A stretch of 63,968 nucleotides of DNA, counting the filler, from Octopus bimaculoides (Eukaryota): assembly GCF_001194135.2 (NCBI RefSeq). It is 6 parts of 6 records of this genome, joined end to end, with 100 filler letters (N's around TTAATTAATTAA, not from the genome) between each part and the next. Parts side by side here need not be neighbours in the genome. Positions count along the whole stretch, not along the records: positions 18,144 to 39,465 come from NC_068995.1; positions 39,566 to 52,797 come from NC_068989.1; 4 more parts are not named here. The stretch is one strand, 5' to 3'. This document shows positions 37,901-49,104 of the stretch, piece after piece. Position numbers and translations under genes: made by a program. The notes under the pieces were generated by a model. That model was not told the origin of the DNA, searched no databases, and saw nothing but the letters and a program-made list of their open reading frames with translations. Each line of letters begins with the position of its first letter. Position 1 is the first letter of the stretch.

Positions 37901-39311
37901 TTTTAAAAAAAATCTCAACAACATGAAATACTAACCTTCCTTTGTATGTTTTTAGTTGTCTTGTAAACAGTAGCTGTTAAACCAGACTTTCACTTGTGAC
38001 AAAATGACACATGTATCCCATACTACTAATCTTTATGCGCAGAATCCAAAATTCCAGTCTTATGGAACCTGTTAAAAGGATTTTGCTCCTGAAAAATGGA
38101 TGTCATGGAGCTCTAAAATGTGGGACTTAAGGCCCCTATTGGGGGTGGGTGGCTTAATGTCAATCAGAGAAGTTGGATTGTTGAGAATCTTTTTAACTTG
38201 GGTCTTATATGTATTGTTCGAATTTCTTTGAAATAGGAAATATATGTATATTCACTGGGTTTGTAAAAGAGAGCAAAGCTACAGGAAACCAAAAAACGAA
38301 TGATCACAATAAGCAGTCAGTTACCGTCTATAAATGTCTTTCAATAACCAGTCACTCATCTGGGAAGGCCTTGAAATCAATGTTACCATCAGAGGACTAT
38401 GTGTGACCCAGTGATAATAAAAAGACTCAAAGGAGGTCTGCAACCAAATAACTTTACTGAACACTTTGCAACTGAATCAGTGGAGGCAAAGATGCCTCTC
38501 ATTTACTCGACAATTTATGCACCACATTGCAGAAATCACAATCTAAGTATATCTCAAAGCAACCTCTTACACTGTTGTAACATTGAATTACAAATAATGC
38601 TCATCTTTTATGCTCAGGTGACCCTACAGCTTCCAACAGTGCAACTGTATTTGTCTTTGCTTAGATAAAATGACTAAATTGTGGGTGTTAAGTCTGCATT
38701 ACAGGGTCTTTGTAACTTCTAAGAAGATGAAAATTTAGAAATATTACTTCACTTATGTCTAATATCTATGGTTAAAATTTCATCAACAGCAAAAATATAT
38801 GAATTTTCATGGTGGTTATGGCCCTTATGCATAAAGATCCGTTCAGTACTTTTGACGTAGTTTTGGGTCATAAAAAATTACTAAAATTTGGGAGCTAAGG
38901 CACCCATTAGGGGGTCTTAGAATCCTCATGAGAAATGGAAACTTTAAGAATACTTCTTGATGTGTGTCAATTACCCATGGCTGAAACTTCATGAACATCA
39001 AAAATTTATGAATTTTCATGGGGGTTCTGCCCCCTTTAAGCCATCTCAAATTCAAACCAAACATACTGCATTATGCATTGAATCTAAGTTCCAAATATCA
39101 TAAGGATCCATTCAGTAATTTTGGTCCATGAAACTGTATGAAACACAGCATTACCCTTCTTCCTAGGCTTGGATTTTGTGCCTCAAATTTCATTAAGATC
39201 AGTGCAGTAGTTTTCGATGTGTAAGTAACACATGAACACTCATAAAGACATTGACTTTTATATAATAGACATGAATATGCACATATACATACATGTATAG
39301 ATGTGTATGTG

Positions 39312-39355
<44 letters not shown>

Positions 39356-40489
39356 TATATATAAAACAGAGATGTGTGTGTAATCGCTTTTCACGTGAAA
39401 TCGACTTCACCAAATGCTTCCATACTTGTAATGCATGAATAATTTGACCTCGGATAAATCTTAGGNNNNNNNNNNNNNNNNNNNNNNNNNNNNNNNNNNN
39501 NNNNNNNNNTTAATTAATTAANNNNNNNNNNNNNNNNNNNNNNNNNNNNNNNNNNNNNNNNNNNNATATTATTTAAAAGAGTTCCAACTGTGTCTGTTTT
39601 TTATGTTTTATTTATATTCTTTTAAATAATATATTCCTCCATACCTTTTTATTTTTTAATTCTATTTTTATACATAATATATATACACACACACGCACAC
39701 ATTATGTATATACGTATATGTATGTATACATATGTATGTACGTATATATATGTGTGTATGTATATGTGTATATATATGTATGTATATATATATATGTGTG
39801 TGTATGTGTGTGTATATGTGTGTGTATGCGTATGTATGTGTATATGTATGTATATATGTGTGTATATGTATGTATACATAGGTATGCATGTATAAGGTAT
39901 GTATCTGAACCCAACCCTTTTAGACAGAAGGCACAGAAGAGAGAAGAGAAAGTTGGTTAACGTCTTGAAACAAACGCAGAGATAAATTAGAAGACAAAAC
40001 AAAATCTTTCCATTGTCAATATTATAGGCGTTGGTGTGGCTGTGTGGCTAAGAAACTCACTTTTGCAGTCACGTGATTACGGGATCAGGCCCCATTGCGC
40101 TCCACTTTAGGCAAGTCAGGACCTCTATTAAGGAAAACGATTAAACACAATTTTTGTTGTTTCTTAACGAAAAAAAAAACAGCTTCCATGACGTAAACAT
40201 ATACACGTGTACAGGATACACACACATATAATGAATGTCATGGATTTTCAATCAACACAAGCACATGTCCACTATCTGTGACATATACACACACATAGTC
40301 TTCGCTTTCTTTAAGAAAAAAAAACGTCGACTTTTTTATGTACACAATATTTTAACCATTTAGAAATATTGTTAACCGAATGTGATTTCAAAAATGTAAG
40401 TTGTTTGTGCAGTAAGTATTTATATTTTAGCTTTCTTTAAACGCAGTATTTTAATGTTTTTTTTTAAAAATTATTTTCAAGTGAATAGC

Positions 40490-40944
40490 GATCTTTCACT
40501 TTAACTCTCAGAACTGTCATCTGGAGTTTGTTAATTTCCGTAAAAATGTTTTTATTTACTTTTGTTTTAAAGTGAAAGAGAGGAGAAAGTAAAAGATGTA
40601 TGTACGTATATATGAAATGGACGTGTGTGTGTGTGTGTGAAAGAGAGAGCGAGAGAGAAAAAGAGAGTGAGTGAAGGGGTGTATCATGTACACGTACATA
40701 CAGCGATACATATGCGTACATCTTTTTTGTTCGCGTGTATGTGTGTGTGTTCTCATGTATATGTAGGTGGCACTCTCTCTCTCTCACACACACACGTCCA
40801 TTTCATATACACGTTCATACATCTTTCACTTTCTCCTCTTTTTCACTTTAAAACAAAAGTAAATAAATAAAATGTTTTTTACGAAAATTAACGAACAAAA
40901 CCAGCTCATTCGGTTGACAGTTCTGAGAATTAAAGCGAAAGATC
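40490..40944. repeat. Foldback / MITE-like inverted repeat, arms about 160 bp
   Basis: 40490-40650 is the reverse complement of about 40773-40944 (GATCTTTC...GAAAGATC), with roughly 85-90% identity by eye and a spacer of about 120 bp. No clear TSD. Confidence 0.8.
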
Positions 40945-41003
40945 TACCCATGGGAAAACCATTAAAAAAAACTTTTTTAGTCTATTCAACGTATCTCAGC
41001 TCC

Positions 41004-41122
41004 AAAGATTTGGCTGCTATTTTTAGCACGCCCTGCTACCACGTAACAGCTATTTGCGATAAAGGACCCAAAATACCTGTTACGTGGTAGCAGGGCGTGC
41101 AAGAAATTGCAGCCAAATCTTT
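41004..41122. repeat. 119-nt hairpin with 46-bp arms
   Basis: 41026-41049 and 41077-41100 are a perfect 24-bp inverted repeat; the outer 22 bp match at 19/22; 27-nt loop region with a further tattt/aaata pairing. Confidence 0.9.
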
Positions 41123-41535
41123 CCTTTTGCAGGGGAAAGGAACCGTATACGCGTGATTTCAATGTCACATTCGTTGAAAGCATGCAAAATAACCTGGAAA
41201 AGAAAAAAATACCCATGAAACAAAAGTCCGTTGCTGGGAAACTCAGATTTTCCAAGTGCCCCGGCGGGTCACGGGTAGTCTAGTAAATATCTATATGTAT
41301 GTATATGTGTGTGTGTGTGTATGTATATATATATTTCGGGCCTTGTGCCTAGAGTAGAAAAGAATAATGGTTTCTGATTTAGATACAAGAGGCGGGGGAT
41401 AGGGGTGGGGGAGTATTAGTTGATACCATTGATTCATTGCTTGACTGGTTCTTCATTTTGTCGAATCGGAAAGAACGGAAGGTAAAAACAACAAGAACAA
41501 TTATAAAAATAATCAAACAAAATCACACTTGGTAA

Positions 41536-41551
41536 TTTATTCACTTTTATT
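41536..41551 (-). terminator. Two AATAAA polyadenylation signals of the LRR gene
   Basis: tttatt on the + strand at 41536-41541 and 41546-41551, 25-40 nt downstream of the LRR stop codon. Confidence 0.5.
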
Positions 41552-41575
41552 GTTTTGAAAGTTATTCTATAGTTA

Positions 41576-43189
41576 TTACGAGTCAGTAATAATGGCTAGA
41601 ATCACAGACAAAGGAAGGAGACAATTTAATATTGCCCGAGACATCATACCTCTACTAGCTTTGCTTTCATCTTGCCAGTCACAGAAAATACGTTCAGTTG
41701 AACCGCAAGTTTTTTTAAGAGTGAGACCAAAGGACTCGTTCAGCTTGTAACCGTGGTAGTGCACGGGTGTGTAACACGAGCCATTCAGGCGCTCCACCGA
41801 GCCGCTGTTAATGATTCTTTCCACCTTGCAAGAACAGTCAATAGGATTTTCGCTGAGGTTCAATTCGTAAAACGTACATTGCGGTGCCTGGACTACAAAG
41901 GTAACATCATTCACTTTATTACCGGCAATATCGAGGACAATTGGCCGCTTGAGGGGTGTGAAGGCTTGAGGGGTTATATCACGTATTCTCATAGAGCGCA
42001 TGACGATGTTCCTGGCTTTAAGACCACGGAAAAAATTTCCATCGATGTCTTGGAAATTGTTGTACGAAACATCAATAAAGGTTAATTTATGTAAATGTTT
42101 CAAAGCTTTAACAGGCATGTGATCTAGTCTGGTGTTTTTCATGTACAGTGTGACCAGGCTGTCTTCTAGTCCGGTAAACATGTCCTCTTCAATTTCAATT
42201 CGGTTCCCACTGATGTCCAAAGATTTTAGTCTGAAGGTACCATTAAAGGAGTCATTGGCCAGGTAAGAAATTCGATTGTCGCTCAGGATAAGGGTCTCCA
42301 AAGAATCCATATATTTTAGACCGTGGATAGGGACTGCTGGCATATCGTTATTACTGAAGTCTATCAAGCGAAGTGAGTTAGCCAGTCCTCCAAACGAGTC
42401 TTTGTGAATGGATGTTGTTGACAGTAACTGATTCGATACTAAATACAACTCACGGAGATCTTTCAGGTTTTGGAATGTATTTTCCGGGATAGTGTTGATC
42501 TGATTCGAATTCAATACGAGTTTTCTTAATTTCCTCAAGCGAGAAATCTCCGATGGTATTTTAGTGAGAAAATTCTTAGAAAGATCCAGTTCTTGTAATT
42601 GATCCAATTCTACAAAGGCTCCCCAGGAGATGCGAAAAATACCACACGACTTGAGACTTAACTTGTTCAAAGAAAGAAGTCTTAATCCACGGAAATAAGC
42701 ACCAGGAAATGGGATTAACCAGCCGCCATTTTTATCTAAAACTATTTCACGAAGCTGTATCATATCATGTAAGAAATACAACTGTTCTTGAAAATTAATG
42801 CCCATCTCGACCAAAATGATTTTCTGTAAATAATCTCGGATGGGTTGTAATGCATCTTTATGAATGGTCAAATTTTCACTGTAACTAAAGTCAAGAACTT
42901 CAATTTTTATATTGGGAAAAGCATTCGGTGGAATCGCACCAAGCGAGTTATTTCGAAGATCTATTAGTCTTACTTTCGACTTGTCATGAAACTTCAGTTC
43001 TGGGAATTTAGACAGGCCACGGGAAGAGCAGTTGACCATGAGAAGAAAGTCAAGAGTCATTTCGTCGACGGTCACTGAGCAGTTGCAGGGAACTGTTGAT
43101 GGACATTCCAACACTGAACCAGACCAAACTCTCGCAACAAGAACACTGGCCACCAAGCCCAGCCATGTAAATAGCAGTACAGCGTTCAT
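41576..43189 (-). CDS. Extracellular leucine-rich-repeat protein, 537 aa: signal peptide, LRRNT, about 15 LRRs, LRRCT, C-terminal hydrophobic (GPI-signal-like) tail
   Basis: Uninterrupted 1614-nt ORF. Hydrophobic N-terminus MNAVLLFTWLGLVASVLVARVWS; CPSTVPCNCS...VNCSSRGL cap; repeated LxxLxLxxNxL units (LQELDLSKNFL, LRKLVLNSNQI, LETLILSDNRI); NPIDCSC...C...C cap; ends AILNCLLPLSVILAIITDS with no cytoplasmic tail. Splice acceptor 17 nt upstream of the ATG and AATAAA signals just after the stop. Confidence 0.95.
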   Translation of the reverse strand: MNAVLLFTWLGLVASVLVARVWSGSVLECPSTVPCNCSVTVDEMTLDFLLMVNCSSRGLSKFPELKFHDKSKVRLIDLRNNSLGAIPPNAFPNIKIEVLDFSYSENLTIHKDALQPIRDYLQKIILVEMGINFQEQLYFLHDMIQLREIVLDKNGGWLIPFPGAYFRGLRLLSLNKLSLKSCGIFRISWGAFVELDQLQELDLSKNFLTKIPSEISRLRKLRKLVLNSNQINTIPENTFQNLKDLRELYLVSNQLLSTTSIHKDSFGGLANSLRLIDFSNNDMPAVPIHGLKYMDSLETLILSDNRISYLANDSFNGTFRLKSLDISGNRIEIEEDMFTGLEDSLVTLYMKNTRLDHMPVKALKHLHKLTFIDVSYNNFQDIDGNFFRGLKARNIVMRSMRIRDITPQAFTPLKRPIVLDIAGNKVNDVTFVVQAPQCTFYELNLSENPIDCSCKVERIINSGSVERLNGSCYTPVHYHGYKLNESFGLTLKKTCGSTERIFCDWQDESKASRGMMSRAILNCLLPLSVILAIITDS

Positions 43190-43220
43190 GTTCTTTCATG
43201 CTGCATCTGAAAAATAAACA
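43186..43220 (-). promoter_or_regulatory. Splice acceptor of the LRR coding exon plus two out-of-frame upstream AUGs
   Basis: Minus strand reads ttatttttcag|ATGCAGCATGAAAGAACATGAAC. The AUG at 43206 gives MQHERT* with its TGA overlapping the main ATG (43189); the AUG at 43199 opens an overlapping frame ending at 43050. Confidence 0.6.
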
Positions 43221-43416
43221 AATAGATAAATAAATAAACAACAACAGCAACAACAATAACAACAGCAACAACAATAATAATCTTTTCTACTATAGGCACA
43301 AAGCCTGAATTTGGGGGAAGTACATCAACCGTTTTTATGCCTGACAAACGACAAACGATTAACGAGTCATCTTTACTGTTTGTACTGCCTAAAAATATGA
43401 AATATCTTATTTTCAG

Positions 43417-43464
43417 ATCAGGTGACTTGTAAGGTCGACTGGCCGACCGAACGAAACCAAGTGG
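43417..43464 (+). CDS. Candidate 48-nt symmetric (phase 1-1) exon of an unidentified + strand gene
   Basis: tcttattttcag|...GTGG|gtatgt; only one frame is open: (x)QVTCKVDWPTERNQV(G). No homology recognised. Confidence 0.35.
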
Positions 43465-43784
43465 GTATGTAATCTATTTTTGTATACCTCTCTCACATGC
43501 ACATATATACACATGTACTCTTCCATGCACAAACTCTTTCTCTTTCACTCTCTCATGTACAGCTTCCTTGTCCTGTTTTCTGAGTGAGCAAAAACTATCA
43601 AACCTCTCTCTATATTTATTTTAAAATAATTTCTGGAAAAAGTGAAATATCCCTCGAGATTCAGCGTGGAAAATTACATCAATACACCAAATTTTAAAAT
43701 TTTCACTAAACTTCGAAATTTCCACAGGTCGAGCGAAACAGAAAAGATTCTTCATGTATATATACGCACACACCACACACAAAC

Positions 43785-43815
<31 letters not shown>

Positions 43816-43861
43816 CATACATACATACATACATACATGCATGCATTCACACATACATATG

Positions 43862-44529
43862 TGTGTGTGTGTGTGTTTGTGCGTAACTTCAAAAGTTTTT
43901 GCAAAAGAATGAATTCTTGATAGTCACAATATTTGAAGAAATATTTTCTCAAAATAAAATTGAAATATATAAAAACATCATAGAAAAAAAAAGAAAAAAA
44001 CAGAATAGCACGAACCTGTTTTTTCTAATATATTTTTCTATAGTTAATAATTTTCATTTTAAGAAAACAGTTTATATCTATCTATNNNNNNNNNNNNNNN
44101 NNNNNNNNNNNNNNNNNNNNNNNNNNNNNNNNNNNNNNNNNNNNNNNNNNNNNNNNNNNNNNNNNNNNNNNNNNNNNNNNNNNNNNNNNNNNNNNNNNNN
44201 NNNNNNNNNNNNNNNNNNNNNNNNNNNNNNNNNNNNNNNNNNNNNNNNNNNNNNNNNNNNNNNNNNNNNNNNNNNNNNNNNNNNNNNNNNNNNNNNNNNN
44301 NNNNNNNNNNNNNNNNNNNNNNNNNNNNNNNNNNNNNNNNNNNNNNNNNNNNNNNNNNNNNNNNNNNNNNNNNNNNNNNNNNNNNNNNNNNNNNNNNNNN
44401 NNNNNNNNNNNNNNNNNNNNNNNNNNNNNNNNNNNNNNNNNNNNNNNNNNNNNNNNNNNNNNNNNNNNNNNNNNNNNNNNNNNNNNNNNNNNNNNNNNNN
44501 NNNNNNNNNNNNNNNNNNNNNNNNNNNNN

Positions 44530-44580
<51 letters not shown>

Positions 44581-44595
44581 TTCTATCTATCTATT

Positions 44596-44660
<65 letters not shown>

Positions 44661-45025
44661 AGCTATCTATCTATCTATCTATCTATTTCTATCTATATCT
44701 ATCTATCTATCTATTTCTGTCTAACTATTTCTATCTAATTATTTCTATCTAACTATTTCTATCTATCTATTTCTATCTATCTGTAAGATTTGTATAGATA
44801 ATTTTTTTCTTAATATACACGTGTGTGTGTGTAACTTTAAAACTTCTTGCAAAAGAATTCTCGATACATTCACAATATTTGAAGAAATATTTTCTTAAAA
44901 TAAAATTTGTATGGAAACATCATAGAAAAACAGAATAGCACGAACTTGTTTCTCTAATTCATTTTTCTATAGTTGATAATTTTCATTTTAAGAAAATCTT
45001 TTCTATCTATCTATCTATCTATCTA
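43862..45025 (+). repeat. About 200-bp direct duplication, each copy bounded by (GT)n and (TCTA)n
   Basis: ...cacaatatttgaagaaatattttct.aaaataaaatt...cagaatagcacgaac...ttttcattttaagaaaa at about 43862-44085 and 44821-45025. Confidence 0.8.
44530..44785. repeat. (TCTA)n tetranucleotide array
   Basis: Directly visible; similar arrays at about 49545-49765 and 53095-53195. Confidence 0.95.
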
Positions 45026-45426
45026 TAAAGACGACACCATTTTAAGCATAGACTTGTAACAAAAAGAGACAAAAAGAGAGAAGGTACTTACTTTCATGTA
45101 CCTTTAAAAAAAAAAGCCTGAGGTGACCGTGGTCTTTTCCGTAGGCTTTTCTCTCCACGGATAAACCTAATCTGTTCCCCGTTTTTTTACATCGACTGTG
45201 ATACACGATCCCTANNNNNNNNNNNNNNNNNNNNNNNNNNNNNNNNNNNNNNNNNNNNNNNNNNNNNNNNNNNNNNNNNNNNNNNNNNNNNNNNNNNNNN
45301 NNNNNNNNNNNNNNNNNNNNNNNNNNNNNNNNNNNNNNNNNNNNNNNNNNNNNNNNNNNNNNNNNNNNNNNNNNNNNNNNNNNNNNNNNNNNNNNNNNNN
45401 NNNNNNNNNNNNNNNNNNNNNNNNTC

Positions 45427-45500
45427 CTGGTGTCAATTAGTTCAACTAAAGGCGGTGCTCCAGCATGGCCACAGTCAAATGACTGACAAGAATAAAAGAA
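45427..45500 (+). mobile_element. SINE family A, 3' tail (rest in gap)
   Basis: actaaaggcggtgctccagcatggccacagtcaaatgactgacaagaataaaaga. Confidence 0.7.
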
Positions 45501-45803
45501 TATGTGTGTGTGTGTGTGCGCGCGTAACTCTTTCTGGGAACAGTGGATCGCGAAGAAGGTAATAAAGCTGTGAATAATGGCGTGTAACTACCGGATTTTT
45601 AAAATAAAAAAAAAAACTTTGGACAGTCGAAGTTTGTAATGTACATCCACTACATGCTGTCATTTATAGCTGTATCATCTTTGAGATCCACACTTTCAAA
45701 AAAGAATCATTTCATGTCCTCTCGAAGTTTATAGATTCCTATCACGCAAACACACACACACGTCTACTCTTGGGCAGGTCCTGTACATGTGAACCTTTTC
45801 CAG

Positions 45804-45898
45804 CACATTATACAATCCTGAGAAAGGCCCGTAACCCCCACCTGCCGCTGTTAAGTAGATTACTGGAATTCTGGTTTTCCGTTGCCTTCTTCGGGCAG
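45804..45898 (+). CDS. Candidate 95-nt exon (phase 1 to 0) of the same unidentified + strand gene
   Basis: ccttttccag|...GGGCAG|gtgaga; encodes (A)HYTILRKARNPHLPLLSRLLEFWFSVAFFGQ and joins in frame to 43417-43464. No homology recognised. Confidence 0.35.
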
Positions 45899-46199
45899 GT
45901 GAGATTTGAACTCGGAATGTCAAGAAGTAGAATGTATTATTATTTTATTAATGACTAATGTACAGCTTTTATTGTATCTATCGTAGGCATGCTTGCTCAT
46001 AATTAGTTGTAAACAAGATAATTAATATTGTAAACAAGCTACACAAACAGCCACAAGAAAAACAAGATCTAAATTAATTCTTATTAGAAATGGCAATTAC
46101 ATGTTTTACGAGAAGTATTAACAAGAGAAATATGATATGGTACAAGCCACCATATAATACCAGCATTGTGAAAAATAAACATCTTTTAGATTTGTATCT

Positions 46200-46581
46200 T
46201 TTTATTTATTTCAATCAGTGGTCTGCTGTCACGCTGCGGTACCGCCTCGAAGAGTTTAGTTGAACAAATCCACCCCCAGTACTTACTTTTCTCAGCTTGG
46301 GACTTATTATATCGATCTCTTTTTGTCGAATCACTATGCTATGAGGGCGTGAACTAACCAACACTGGTTGTTAAGCGATGTGAGGATACACACATACTCA
46401 TGCATGCATATATATATATGACGGGATTCTTTGAGTTTCCGCCTGCCATGTCCGTTCGCAAAGCTTTGGTTGGTCCGAGGTTATAATAGAAGACAACGGC
46501 CCATGCTGTGGGATTGAACACCAAACCAAATTGTTGGGAAGCAAACTTCTTACGCATGCGCCTACAACTACTCCTGCGCCT
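46200..46581 (-). mobile_element. SINE family A, diverged copy
   Basis: Colinear similarity to 1433-1833, ending actcctgcgcct. Confidence 0.75.
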
Positions 46582-46831
46582 GAGAAATTGTCTTCCATTA
46601 CCAAGTAAATTTTCATCTTTCAATTAAAGACAAAAATAAAATGAATCTTTTGGTACATTCTAAAAGAATCCAGGGCAATCAAATTAATTTTTTTAATGCA
46701 AAGTAATATCATTTTCAAAATCCTATTCGAAAAATATTAAGGAAAATTTGTTTTCTAAATGCAGGCGGTATGACAAGTGTCATGTGACAATAAATGATAT
46801 GGGACGTCTTATTACGTCAGATGTCGTTACT

Positions 46832-47195
46832 TATTTCAGTCATTAGACTGCGGCCATACTGGGGCATAGCTTTCAAAACCTTTTAGTCGAATAAATCGAA
46901 CCCAGTACGTTTTTTTAAACCTGATACTTATTCTATCGGTCATTTTTTCCGAATCGCTGAGATGCTGGGACGTAAATACACGAACACCGGTTGTCAAGCG
47001 GTGGTGGGGCACAAACACAGTCACACACACACATGTATACGATGTGCTTCTTTTAGTCTCTGTCTACCAAATCCACTCACAAGGCTTTGGTTAGCCCGAG
47101 GCTATAGTAGAAGACACTTGCCCAAGGTACCACATAGTGGGACTGAACCCGGAACTATGTAATTCGGAAGAAAGCTTGTTATCACACAGCCATTC
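46832..47195 (-). mobile_element. SINE family A
   Basis: Colinear similarity to 1433-1833. Confidence 0.85.
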
Positions 47196-47286
47196 TTGTT
47201 ATTTCATTCTAGTGAGGAGTTGAGTCGGCTACCCAAGTTTGAATCTATAAAACATTGAGGTAAAGGTCTGTACTATCACACACACA

Positions 47287-47329
<43 letters not shown>

Positions 47330-48223
47330 ACACAATTCACACATATATACACGCATACACATACACGTGTGCACTCACAAACCATCCATAAGTATGTATA
47401 TATCTATGTAACCGGTTTATCAAGTTGTCAGATAAATTCGTTCGTTTCTTTACCGCGTGGCATGTCATCGTCACATGTCTGCATAAAGGTAAAATTTATT
47501 CAAATTTGTAAACATTTGTAGAAGAAGAATAGAACAACAAAAATATTAAACACTACGATGAAGATATTTTTCGTGATATTTCGAATAACATTGGAAAACA
47601 AAGAAAACTACAACAACAAAAACGAGTGAATTTATCTGACAAGCTAAGACATATTTCTATATCAGCCAACCTTGTCTCTCTTCAACTTCTGCTGTATGAA
47701 TGATATCCCATGACGCCACAGCTAAACCTCGACACCGCCAGTCTATCTAGTCCCTGAAGGAAGACCACCTATGGCAATGGGTTCCTTGAGAAACAGCACC
47801 CCCAAACCAAACTATACCACATTCTTCATAAATATTTACGTCACCAAAGAATGTTGTCAGAAGCTGCAATAACAGAAATAGACTGGTACATTTGTTTGCA
47901 GGTTAGAAATAGGTCTACGGGGAAAACATGTAACCCTAATCTTTTATTAGAGCCCCTAACGTCATTCGGCTAATCTGTCATTATATACCGCCTTTAATTA
48001 TCTCTGTTTTTCTTTCCCTCATGGTCTCTAGCTAAAGCGCGCGCGTCTGTAGATATGCGCGTGCGTGTGCATGTACATAAGAATGTACAATGCAAAACAG
48101 ATACACAATTAGATAGAAATAATTTATTTATAAATATACATCAACTATACACATACAAACGCTCACACATACACACACACATATATTTATATATATATAT
48201 ATATATACATACATAATACACAC

Positions 48224-48298
<75 letters not shown>

Positions 48299-49066
48299 NN
48301 NNNNNNNNNNNNNNNNNNNNNNNNNNNNNNNNNNNNNNNNNNNNNNNNNNNNNNNNNNNNNNNNNNNNNNNNNNNNNNNNNNNNNNNNNNNNNNNNNNNN
48401 NNNNNNNNNNNNNNNNNNNNNNNNNNNNNNNNNNNNNNNNNNNNNNNNNNNNNNNNNNNNNNNNNNNNNNNNNNNNNNNNNNNNNNNNNNNNNNNNNNNN
48501 NNNNNNNNNNNNNNNNNNNNNNNNNNNNNNNNNNNNNNNNNNNNNNNNNNNNNNNNNNNNNNNNNNNNNNNNNNNNNNNNNNNNNNNNNNNNNNNNNNNN
48601 NNNNNNNNNNNNNNNNNNNNNNNNNNNNNNNNNNNNNNNNNNNNNNNNNNNNNNNNNNNNNNNNNNNNNNNNNNNNNNNNNNNNNNNNNNNNNNNNNNNN
48701 NNNNNNNNNNNNNNNNNNNNNNNNNNNNNNNNNNNNNNNNNNNNNNNNNNNNNNNNNNNNNNNNNNNNNNNNNNNNNNNNNNNNNNNNNNNNNNNNNNNN
48801 NNNNNNNNNNNNNNNNNNNNNNNNNNNNNNNNNNNNNNNNNNNNNNNNNNNNNNNNNNNNNNNNNNNNNNNNNNNNNNNNNNNNNNNNNNNNNNNNNNNN
48901 NNNNNNNNNNNNNNNNNNNNNNNNNNNNNNNNNNNNNNNNNNNNNNNNNNNNNNNNNNNNNNNNNNNNNNNNNNNNNNNNNNNNNNNNNNNNNNNNNNNN
49001 NNNNNCATACAGAGTTTCAGAACTGTAAACGCACGCACGTACTCACACGGTTGCCCGCGCATATAC

Positions 49067-49104
<38 letters not shown>

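Noticed and set aside
38100-39240. Internally repeated segments (ttcat...aaaaat.tatgaattttcatgg) suggesting a non-autonomous DNA element
   Set aside because: Ends, TSD and family could not be defined from the sequence alone.
41133-41280. + strand acceptor with a 48-codon open frame (GKEPYTRDFNVTF...), and a - strand acceptor near 41192
   Set aside because: No strong donor in a phase compatible with the 43417 candidate exon; no homology; abuts the hairpin.
41753-42085. 110-aa + strand ORF
   Set aside because: Antisense shadow of the LRR CDS.
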